A stretch of DNA of 63,991 bases, the filler included, from Octopus bimaculoides (taxonomy: Eukaryota), in the NCBI RefSeq assembly GCF_001194135.2. It is 3 parts of 3 records of this genome, joined end to end, with 100 filler letters (N's around TTAATTAATTAA, not from the genome) between each part and the next. Parts side by side here need not be neighbours in the genome. Positions count along the whole stretch, not along the records: positions 41,361 to 63,991 come from NC_069007.1; 2 more parts are not named here. The stretch is one strand, 5' to 3'. The position numbers were made by a program, and so were the translations under genes. The notes below the pieces were generated by a model. It ran no database searches and was not told the DNA's origin. It saw nothing but the letters and a program-made list of their open reading frames with translations. Position 1 is the stretch's first letter. Every line of letters starts with the position of its first letter. Shown piece by piece: positions 52,011 to 62,812 of the stretch.

Positions 52011-52333
52011 AGTTTCTACAACTGGATGCCTTTCCTGACGCCAACCCCTTTTACATGCCATTGGCATGGGTGCCAGTTACAGGACACTGGCATCGGCCAC
52101 ATTGCCTCCATGGGGCCCAATGCTTGAATGGTGCTTTTTACATGCCACCAGCACGGATGCTAGTAACGTGTATATATGCTTTTGCATGTAATGTGTGTGT
52201 ATATGTTTTTTGCATTATGTGTTGTATGTGTGCACATATTTTTGTTTTATATATGATGCATATATATACTTTTGTTTTAAATGTGATGTTTGTGTGTTTT
52301 ACTTTTGTATATGAGATGTTTTTGTAAGTATTT

Positions 52334-52372
<39 letters not shown>

Positions 52373-52518
52373 CTTTCTATGTGATTGTGTGTATGTATAT
52401 TTTTATTTCATTTATGGTGTGTGTACATGTTTTGTTTTATACATGTGGTTATATGTTTTTGTAAGTTTTGTATGTGTATTTGTTTTATATGTTTTTTTTA
52501 GAATAAATGATGTATGTG

Positions 52519-52570
<52 letters not shown>

Positions 52571-52716
52571 CTTTCTATGTGATTGTGTGTATGTATATTT
52601 TTATTTCATTTATGGTGTGTGTACATGTTTTGTTTTATACATGTGGTTATATGTTTTTGTAAGTTTTGTATGTGTATTTGTTTTATATGTTTTTTTTAGA
52701 ATAAATGATGTATGTG

Positions 52717-52769
<53 letters not shown>

Positions 52770-53045
52770 TTTTGCCTTGCATATTATGTTTGTGTGTGTG
52801 TGTGTAATTATAAACAAAAAAAATATACTCAATACATGTAGAGTTTACTCCTTTATTTAAATTTCAGTGTCTGCAAAGAATGGAGACAGGAAAACTCAGT
52901 GCAGTGGCAGCAGGAACCCTCAGCTTCAAATAACAGATTATATAAACAAACATACACACTCACGAACACATCTATTTACATGTAGATATATATATATATA
53001 CATATATACAATAACAAATGGTATAGGGTGGATGTAAATATTATA

Positions 53046-53612
53046 TGTAAAGAATAAAAAGTTTTGAATGGTACAACATTGCACTATAATACAAACAATG
53101 GGCTATATACCTGTTATAATTTAGTCATCCATAGTCTAATGGTATATCGGAATAAAATTCCTTCTTCAGATATTCTTAGATGGAGGCGCTGCTATAATTG
53201 GTTTTCCAACGGCTTTTCTTTTCTATTTATCACCTGAAGAGACACATCTGTACCATCAGATGCTCCTGAACCAGTTGTTAAGCATCCTACCTGTGAGGGA
53301 TCGATGCTAGATATGTTGAAACAATTGTAATGATCAATAAAAACTTTTGTATCTTCAATCTCTCATTAACTAAATGCATAACGAACACTGTGAAAGTGAC
53401 TGTGAAAAAGCCGTTGGAAAATTGATTATAGCAGCGACTCCATCTAAGAATATCTNNNNNNNNNNNNNNNNNNNNNNNNNNNNNNNNNNNNNNNNNNNNN
53501 NNNNNNNNNNNNNNNNNNNNCAGACTATGGCTGAGTAAATTACAACAGGTATATAGTCCATTTTTGTATTATAGTGTATTTTTGTACCATTCAAAACTTT
53601 TTATTCTTTACA
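53046..53612. mobile_element. Foldback element with about 170-bp inverted arms
   Basis: tgtaaagaataaaaagttttgaatggtac...ctatatacctgtt...agatattcttagatggag...ttttccaacggcttt is mirrored at 53405-53612; part of the right arm lies in a gap. Confidence 0.75.
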
Positions 53613-53650
53613 AACAATACACAATGCTTCAAGCGAATTACAATACTCTC

Positions 53651-53697
<47 letters not shown>

Positions 53698-54289
53698 ACA
53701 AACCACATGTGATGACAAAAGATGTAGATCTCACTATCATTGAAAATAGAAGACTATATTTATTAAATGATACAGTGATGGAGACCCACATAGAAAACTT
53801 CAAGTTTCTGTGTCAATGACATAATGACTGCTGCACCTCTTCAGCTGTTGTAAGCCTGGTGTCTGCTTGCCAGCTAAGGTAATACACTGATCATCATATT
53901 GTTGGCAGGACCTTGAAGTCTTGTATGTGAATCTTAACGTATGTACGTACGTACGTGTGTGTGTTAAAAGTTTATTACTTTAAAATATTAAAGCAAGGTT
54001 AAGAATAACCATGGACGATTTATGACTTTACAAACAGTTCATAAGCAGCAAGCAGAGTCAAATTTATTGTGAAGATAGAGGTGAATGAGAGACACTGCAC
54101 AACACATGCATGTATGAAGCTGGGTATTCACCTCGTTATAGTTTCTCATTCAGAGTCTTCTCAGTGAGAACAAAACTTTGTGTTGGCACAGGAAAGATAA
54201 GATGGATCTGAATAGCCAGCTTCAGACATATACATATATATACACAGGCACATACACACATCTATATGTATGTAGATAGATATAACAGC

Positions 54290-54640
54290 ACTTTCTGACA
54301 TTCCTTATTCAAGATACAAAAGCAGTCACTATGACATATCTTATAACCAATAGTCACATCATGAAATGATAGTACATTAGCAATGACTGACATTCCAGTT
54401 ATGACATAACTGTGCTCGTTCTGACATTACTGTACAATGTCTATGACTGATTTTCTAGTTATGGCAATGTTATACAATGTCTATGATCTTGTTATGTCAC
54501 TACATTATGATGTCTTATGACTGATCTAGTTATGACACTAGATCAGTCATAGTTCTAGTCATGATACTACTATACAATGGCTATGACTAACATTCGAACC
54601 AATGATAAAGCATTCCAGTGGCTATGACTCACATCCACTT
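54290..54640. repeat. Degenerate minisatellite, about 40-bp unit
   Basis: Recurring tacaatgtctatgactga...ctagttatgaca. Confidence 0.65.
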
Positions 54641-55009
54641 TAACCTGCACATCATGGTCAACCGTTCAATGTAAGACCTGATGTAGCTGGTTCTAATCAC
54701 AGTATCAGAACTGACATGACAAAAGTTCTGGTATTATCCAAAATAGTTGGTGCTGCCTAAGAAGAAAAAAAAAGCACTTTGGCTACGGTTGAGATATTCT
54801 TCTCAACTAAGGCTACATAAAGTTTTTTTGGAGTGGGGATTAAGGGGGGATCTGTTCGTTCACTGCAAGTATTGTCGTTGTTGATGTTGGTGATGGCTAT
54901 GATGTTAATACAACGTCTGATACATAGAAACGGATACTTTTGAAGATTTTGTTTCTCACTAAAGTTTAGTAAAAATCATAGTCATTTTCGTTAGTGCTTC
55001 TTGTTTTAA

Positions 55010-55535
55010 TTATTTTAATGATTCAGTGTGGAGGAAAGGAAAGGAGGTCGTGTTGTGCCTGTGATTTTTAAAAGTCCCCCAGCAAGAACAGTAACATTGG
55101 CACGGCACAGTCAATGTTCTGTAGTGAAGAACTAGAGATTGAATTTTAGATATTTTGATGATTCAGTTGGGAGGAAAGGTGGTTGTGATTTCGATTTTTA
55201 AAGGCCCCCTTCTCCCAGCAAGAACAGTAACACTGACATGGGGCAGTTGATGTTCTGTAGTAAAGAGCATGCAATTGAATTAGAATTATGTTAAGGGTTT
55301 GGTGTGAAGGAAAGGAAACAAGATTGCAATTTTTAAGAGATCTGATGAGGACAGTAACGTCAATATGGCACAGTCAATGTTTGGTAGTGAAGACCCTGGG
55401 GTTGAATTTTAAATATTTTAATGATTCAATTGGAGGTTGTGATTAGGACTTTTGAGAGCCCTCCAGTAAGAACAGTAACATCAACATGGCAGAGTCAAAT
55501 CTTCCCTAGTGAAGAATATGAGATCAAATTTTAAA
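55010..55535. repeat. Degenerate tandem repeat, 4 units of about 120-135 bp
   Basis: The anchor ACAGTAAC...GTCAATGTT...TAGTGAAGA...TTGAATTTT recurs at about 55088, 55224, 55352 and 55472. Confidence 0.8.
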
Positions 55536-55840
55536 AAAAGTTTCAATCTGTTTTTGTTTGTTTCTATTGACCAACTCCAACTGGCTACAATTGTACAATA
55601 ATGCGCTTTGGTCGAACTGTGACCCATATTTATTTATATATATTTTTGACCAGTGAGTTGTAATGGTGTTGTGTCTCTACAATGTCCAGCAACACTGTTG
55701 ACCACTGCAAAATATTTCTCACTGTTTCTGCTGTGTTCTACCTTACTGGTTATTGTTCTATCATTGTCATATGGGAATGTTTTGTCGAGTTGTTTCACTA
55801 AATTTAAAATTAATTTAAGAATTAACCTAAGCTAATTAGA

Positions 55841-56020
55841 CATTAGGAAGCGAAACCTGGCGTTAAGGAAGGCACCCTGGTGTTAGGAAGTGCATCCTGG
55901 TGCTAGGAAGGACATTCTGGCATTAGGAAATGCATCCTGGTGCTAGGAAGGACATTCTGGCATTAGGAAATGCATCCTGGTGTTAAGGAGTGCACTCTGG
56001 CATTAAGGAGGGCGTCCAGC
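55841..56020 (+). repeat. 20-bp minisatellite, 9 units
   Basis: Units of the form YRYTAGGAAG.GCATCCTGG in exact 20-nt register; 55901-55940 equals 55941-55980. Confidence 0.9.
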
Positions 56021-57897
56021 CATATAAACCATGTCAAAACATGGAGCTTGGATACAGTCCTCTGTATCCCACACTGTCCAATCCATGCCAGCATGGAAGA
56101 CGGACATTAAATGGTTATAATGATGCAGAGGAGGAGGAGGAGGATAATTATAAATCCAGTAATCTGCTTTAAATTTGATCTTCATGCTTATTATTATATT
56201 NNNNNNNNNNNNNNNNNNNNNNNNNNNNNNNNNNNNNNNNNNNNNNNNNNNNNNNNNNNNNNNNNNNNNNNNNNNNNNNNNNNNNNNNNNNNNNNNNNNN
56301 NNNNNNNNNNNNNNNNNNNNNNNNNNNNNNNNNNNNNNNNNNNNNNNNNNNNNNNNNNNNNNNNNNNNNNNNNNNNNNNNNNNNNNNNNNNNNNNNNNNN
56401 NNNNNNNNNNNNNNNNNNNNNNNNNNNNNNNNNNNNNNNNNNNNNNNNNNNNNNNNNNNNNNNNNNNNNNNNNNNNNNNNNNNNNNNNNNNNNNNNNNNN
56501 NNNNNNNNNNNNNNNNNNNNNNNNNNNNNNNNNNNNNNNNNNNNNNNNNNNNNNNNNNNNNNNNNNNNNNNNNNNNNNNNNNNNNNNNNNNNNNNNNNNN
56601 NNNNNNNNNNNNNNNNNNNNNNNNNNNNNNNNNNNNNNNNNNNNNNNNNNNNNNNNNNNNNNNNNNNNNNNNNNNNNNNNNNNNNNNNNNNNNNNNNNNN
56701 NNNNNNNNNNNNNNNNNNNNNNNNNNNNNNNNNNNNNNNNNNNNNNNNNNNNNNNNNNNNNNNNNNNNNNNNNNNNNNNNNNNNNNNNNNNNNNNNNNNN
56801 NNNNNNNNNNNNNNNNNNNNNNNNNNNNNNNNNNNNNNNNNNNNNNNNNNNNNNNNNNNNNNNNNNNNNNNNNNNNNNNNNNNNNNNNNNNNNNNNNNNN
56901 NNNNNNNNNNNNNNNNNNNNNNNNNNNNNNNNNNNNNNNNNNNNNNNNNNNNNNNNNNNNNNNNNNNNNNNNNNNNNNNNNNNNNNNNNNNNNNNNNNNN
57001 NNNNNNNNNNNNNNNNNNNNNNNNNNNNNNNNNNNNNNNNNNNNNNNNNNNNNNNNNNNNNNNNNNNNNNNNNNNNNNNNNNNNNNNNAAAAAATTCTTG
57101 TTACTTCCTCCCTTAACACCGACCCCTCTCTCATCCCGCACCGCCGTGTCACATGACAAATTCTTCCCCCCTCCAAGTACTCTAACCCTTTACCTGCTTC
57201 TCCCCCCCCCACACACACACACAAGAAAAATAACGTCAAAGAAAAAATTTTAAAGTCAGTTGTCTCCCCTTGATTTGTTGGCTGATTAATAGTTTTGACT
57301 TTTCCCTTACATTGCACACACATACATACTGGTGTATGTAATTGTTTATGTGTGTGTATATGTTTATATGTGTGTGTATGTATGCAGTGTTCAGTACTCA
57401 CTCTCACTGTCACTGACACACACACACACACATATAAACATATATATGTGTGGATGTGTATATATATGACTACATACATAGACGTAGATATAACTTCATA
57501 TATGTAAAGATATATATATATATATATATAGTAGCCTAGTGTATGTGTATAAATATATATATGTGTGTGTGTGTATGTATTGTTGTAGCTACATAATGTG
57601 ATGTTTGTACAATTTTCCTGTAGAATGCAGAGCCAACATAAATAAACAACAAAATTTAATCTACCCTGGGTTAATTTTCTTCTTTAATTCACAATCAAAA
57701 GTTTCTCATGAATTGATATTATGACAGTGAAATGGAAGAATCGAAAGAGCACCAGACCAAATGCCTTGAGGATTCTTTCTTTTTCATTTCTCTGAAGTTT
57801 TGTTTAACCCTTTAGTATTCAGATTCACCTGTCGAATGTAATATTTGTTTATTTTTAATCGCTTTGAAATAATCAGGCATTATTTTGTAGTTTAGAC

Positions 57898-58164
57898 CAG
57901 GGGTTTTCACATTGTGGTCCACAAGGACAAGACAGGGGGTCCGTAGACAGCAAATACTTTTTATGGGCAATTTGATTTTATATATGTTTTTTAATCGAAA
58001 TCTTTTAATTGACAATAAACCTATTTGTTAAAAACTGTTAAATAAATAAATGTAAAAATATATGTTATTTTAAGCAAATATTTATGTATAAATTTCATAA
58101 GCGTTTATAAGGTAAAGCCTGAAATATAAAGGGGTTCGCAAGTCAAAAAGTTTGAAAACCCCTG
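57898..58164. mobile_element. hAT (Charlie-like) MITE, 267 bp
   Basis: TIRs caggggttttca / tgaaaacccctg; 8-bp flanks GTTTAGAC / GTTTAGAG (7 of 8 match). Confidence 0.8.
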
Positions 58165-58194
58165 GTTTAGAGAATGACATTGTAGAGTTGAGGT

Positions 58195-58615
58195 GAGAGG
58201 CTGGAGCTGGCCTAAAATAAATATGGTACAAAACTTTATTAGTTGGAGCCAAGATAAAGAGGTGTAAGAATACTGGAGCCAAGATAGAGATGATACAAGT
58301 CTTTGATCCAAGATAGAGAGTGTGCAGTCAACTACTTCAGAGAAAAAAACAGAGACAGTAAAAGATGTTAAGTACTTTAGAGTCAAGATAAAGATGGTGC
58401 AAGACCTGGAGTTGAGAGAGAGAGAGTGTGTGTGTGTGTGTGTGTGTGTAAGACTTTACATGTTGGAGCCAAAACAAAGATGAAAGAAGGACTTTGGAGC
58501 CAAGATATGGAGGTGTGAGTAAGTATTCTGGAACCAAGATACATGGTGCAAGTATATTGGAGTAGAACTGCAGCTAGTAGTACAAGACATTGATTCAAGA
58601 TAGAGACAGACCATG
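58195..58615. repeat. Degenerate minisatellite, about 30-bp unit
   Basis: Recurring ggagccaagata(g/a)aga(t/g)ggtg(c/t)aaga. Confidence 0.65.
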
Positions 58616-59263
58616 GTAGCTCTGAAAAGCAAGAACTACTGAAGTGGATATAGAAGAAAGTGGGGAATGACTTCGTATTTTAGTGGGCACAGGGCTGGAT
58701 CCCTGGTTTCTATGAACAAGTGACTGCAATCAGAACATGCTCCCAGAATGGGACAAGCCATGGCAGGGTTACTCATTTACAGCTCAGTCGGCTAAAGCAA
58801 GGTAAAATGAACACTATCCACCCCCCAGTATTCGAAGGATGTTGCGATCGTCAATGCAACATCCTTACCGCTACTCCACGTGCCTTCACTAGAGGAGACG
58901 CCATAGATGGATTTCCATGTTTGAGGAAGATTCAGCTGTTATTTTCACCTGGATGCATGACCATGTAGCATTTACTTTGTTTCTCGAGGGACAACTGACG
59001 AGTGTCATCAGAGAACAGAAGCTTTATCAAGGACCACAGAGGAAGAATAGATAAATTTCCATAGATTGGAACGGATTCTTGTTAGACAGACTGAGGAGCT
59101 TGTTTTTGAAGGCGGAAAAAGGAAAATGTAAAGTTGGATTTGAAGGAGATTTGGCTTTTAGTAACTTAGTGACTGTATAATATAGCGCGTGGAGTAATCA
59201 GCGTGAGAACGAAGCAAGGTCGAATTTATAGGATACCGAAAAAAAAAAATATATATATATATA

Positions 59264-59436
59264 GGCGCAGGAGTGGCTGTGCGGTAAGTAGCTTGCTTAC
59301 CAACCACATGGTTCCAGGTTCAGTCCCACTGAGTGGCACCTTGGGCAAGTGTCTTTTACTATAGCCTCGGGCCGACCAAAGCCTTGTGAGTGGATTTGGT
59401 AGACGGAAACTGAAAGAAGCCTGTCGTATATATGTG

Positions 59437-59491
<55 letters not shown>

Positions 59492-59700
59492 ATATGTTTG
59501 TGTGTCTGTGTTTGTCCCCCCAACATCGCTTGACAACCGATGGTGGTGTGCTTCCGTCCCCGTAACTTAGCGGTTCGGCAAAAGAGACCGATAGAATAAG
59601 TACTAGGCTTACAAAGAATAAGTCCTGGGATCGATTTTCTCGACTAAAGGTGGTGCTCCAGCATGGCCGCAGTCAAATGACTGAAACAAGTAAAAGAGTA
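59264..59700 (+). mobile_element. Full-length tRNA-derived SINE (family A) with internal (TA)n/(TG)n tract
   Basis: Head ggcgcaggagtggctgtgcggtaag...ggttcagtccc (A/B-box-like), body, microsatellite, and 3' ggtgctccagcatggccgcagtcaaatgactgaaacaagtaaaagag. Many copies in the window. Confidence 0.9.
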
Positions 59701-60768
59701 ATATATATACAAGGGGGGATAACTACAATATTTTTAGCAGTCTCCCTTGTGCGATTCTATGACATAACGAACGTTCCACAGAAAATGTAAATTTGGATTT
59801 GAAGAAGATTTGGCTACTATTTCTAGCTAGTTGGTCGGCACTTAGTAACTGTATAATACATGGTGAAATAATCAGAATTGAGAACGAAGCAAAGTTGATT
59901 TTTGTAGGATACCTAAAAAAAGTTGTTTTTTTTTTTAAATACGCAAGGGAGGTAACTACAATATTTAGCTATCTCTCTTCCGCGATTCTATTACATGACG
60001 AGTGTGTTTCGTTAGAGTGGACACCGGAGAACCTGAAAATAGCAACTAATTTTTTTTATCAAACCTCTATCTATCGTAATGTAGTCCAGACTATGAAATT
60101 CTAGGAAAGAAACTGGGACGATTACGGTAAGAACGGGTCTAACAATAGAAACAATAGAACAGAAACAACCACTATGATTGCAAATTTCTAGAAGCATAGA
60201 CGTGATGGTGAAAGGTTAGGGGCAGTGGTTTCATATTTTTGGTTCAAATTCTGATGAGGAGGGGGTAATAGTGGTGGTGGTGGTGGTGGAGTGATTTTCT
60301 TGTTTAGCCCCAGGTAAGTCCTAATTGAGTAGCTCTATGATCAACGCTGTTTCCAGCCTTGACCATCCCTACTCTTAGTCAAATATAATGTATCTAGGAC
60401 TACATTATCTCACGCGTCCATCCTTTTATTTTATATTATTATTTTTTGTAGCCCTTGGTCAGACCTGGTCCAAGAGACATATGATCGGAGGTGTTCCAGC
60501 GATGGCCACATTATTTTTTACTCAGGCCTGTGCGGATCACCATTCCTCGAGATAGAGATTATATCGTTGCTTAATCTCCATTTTCCATGCCACCAAGGGT
60601 TGAATGGTTAGACAGGAGCCAGGAGACTGTGCCAAAATCCATTTTCACCATTTCACATACACACACATAAAATTTTCAGAATCTGATAGCTATAACCTAG
60701 ATGGAAGGGTCAACTTGCATTACGTTCTATGTGAAGAATTTTTACTCTTGATTCACCTGAATTAAATC

Positions 60769-61790
60769 CCGTTAACGAAAAAAAACAAAAAAAACACCCT
60801 ACTAGGTGTAAAAAAAAAAGTGTAGGAAGCGAATATGAAAAAAAAATAGCGCAAACGGCGGTGCATCAGTATGGCCGCAGCTCTGAGCTAAAACTACAGA
60901 AAAAAAAAGAAACGAACGGACTGTCGGGAAATTCACACGATCCGGTATTTTTCCCCTCACAACTTTCAGGAAAATGGATATTTTTCAATGAAATTTTACA
61001 GAAACACTTTTCAAACAGCATAGATANNNNNNNNNNNNNNNNNNNNNNNNNNNNNNNNNNNNNNNNNNNNNNNNNNNNNNNNNNNNNNNNNNNNNNNNNN
61101 NNNNNNNNNNNNNNNNNNNNNNNNNNNNNNNNNNNNNNNNNNNNNNNNNNNNNNNNNNNNNNNNNNNNNNNNNNNNNNNNNNNNNNNNNNNNNNNNNNNN
61201 NNNNNNNNNNNNNNNNNNNNNNNNNNNNNNNNNNNNNNNNNNNNNNNNNNNNNNNNNNNNNNNNNNNNNNNNNNNNNNNNNNNNNNNNNNNNNNNNNNNN
61301 NNNNNNNNNNNNNNNNNNNNNNNNNNNNNNNNNNNNNNNNNNNNNNNNNNNNNNNNNNNNNNNNNNNNNNNNNNNNNNNNNNNNNNNNNNNNNNNNNNNN
61401 NNNNNNNNNNNNNNNNNNNNNNNNNNNNNNNNNNNNNNNNNNNNNNNNNNNNNNNNNNNNNNNNNNNNNNNNNNNNNNNNNNNNNNNNNNNNNNNNNNNN
61501 NNNNNNNNNNNNNNNNNNCAGTCGAATAGGTGTAAAAAAACGTAGAAAACGAATATGAAAACAAAAAGTTTGCGCAAACATACATGTACATACCTTCATC
61601 TTGGTTGGTAATTATTTGACGGCAACAATTCGAGAGAGGAAACTATAACTTGGCTGCCTTCCCACCCTATTCCCGTTCGTTTGCATAAATTATTCTTCAT
61701 ATTCGTTTTCTACAAGTTTTTTTTTTTTTTTTACACCTAGAGGTTGTTTTTGTTGTAGTTGTTCTTTTTTTTTTTTTAAACGAGTCTCAA
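60769..61790. mobile_element. Non-autonomous element with about 90-bp imperfect inverted termini and an internal third copy
   Basis: ctaggtgtaaaa...gcgaatatgaaaa...gcgcaaacg at about 60800-60860, a direct copy at 61528-61580, and the inverted copy cgtttgcat...ttcatattcgttttctac...tacacctag at 61677-61740. Confidence 0.55.
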
Positions 61791-62303
61791 ACTGAATATT
61801 GACCGAAAAAAACTATCTTTCTTTCTTTGCTGTGAAGTATGGGTCTTCGAAGGACAGCTATTCCGAAAGAACTTTAGAAATTATAAAGAAAAACGAACAC
61901 CAAAAAAAGAGACAAAAACGAAACATGACAAACCTTGTCTGCTATTCTTGTGGTGGATTTTCTTGGAATTCTTGTCAATGCTTTAGAGTCCAATTTACGT
62001 TTTCAGAATTTATTCTCGCCTCGCTTCCACAAGCTAAACGTGTTAAATTTTCAGATATTTCTGCTACTTCCATTTCATTGGTAATTAACCATAAAATAAT
62101 GATTTCACTCAGCGTGTGAGAAATGGTTTTTTTCGACGTCAATGTAAGCGTGACAAGTTCATGGAAGATAACTCTCGTCAGGCAGTTAACCTGGAGTTAC
62201 TTCCCTTCGTTTCAATACACCTTCTTAAGGAAAATAACTGTCATATTTCCTAAAGAGTGCACTCGTTTGTTTAAAAAACGTATTTTAATCTTTTGCCTCT
62301 CGT

Positions 62304-62370
62304 AAGCATGGATATTTAGGATGAAAGACAAACTTTATAAGTTTGTCGTTCATCCTAAATATCCATGCTT
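62304..62370. other. Near-perfect 67-nt hairpin (32-bp stem, 1 mismatch, 3-nt loop)
   Basis: aagcatggatatttaggatgaaagacaaactt-tat-aagtttgtcgttcatcctaaatatccatgctt. Confidence 0.9.
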
Positions 62371-62654
62371 GTTTTCAGGCTTTTATTTCGTACGTTTTGA
62401 TTAATCAAAATCTTTCTTTTCATAAGTCCCAAGTTATTCTGGTGGTTAGAAAAGAAATTGGTGAAATATATCATACACCTGACTGGACAGTCTTAAAGCA
62501 TAGCCACACTGGGGTGTAACCTAAGGGGCCTCACTAGTCTATGTATGCATTTGCTTACTGTCAATAAAAATATTATAGGGTCCAGTGCATTGATTTGCCC
62601 GGGGACTACGTGATATACAGACGGGCAAAAGGTTAAACGAAAGGCACATAGAAT

Positions 62655-62812
62655 TTGTGTTGTCCGGGGTATATCCCCGAGAACTACGTTAAGGGTACAC
62701 GTGTCTGTGGAGTGCTCAGCCACTTGCACGTTAATTTCACAAGCAGGCTGTTCCGTTGATCGGATCAACTGGAACCCTCGACGTCGTAAGCGACGGAGTG
62801 CCAACAACAAAC
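62655..62812. mobile_element. Second copy of the 25740-25960 repeat, opposite orientation
   Basis: ccccgagaactacgttaagggtacacgtgtctgtggagtgctcagcc...gcgacggagtgccaacaac. Confidence 0.8.

Noticed and set aside
52369-52760. Exact tandem duplication with a period of about 198 bp
   Set aside because: The copies are identical and bounded by (TA)n tracts, typical of assembly overlap error; needs read support.
55841-56020. Regular short repeats superficially like a CRISPR array
   Set aside because: Contiguous units without unique spacers, in eukaryotic DNA with no cas genes.
61799-62119. 106-aa ORF with C-x-x-C-like motifs
   Set aside because: No recognisable domain or splice context; lies among transposon debris.
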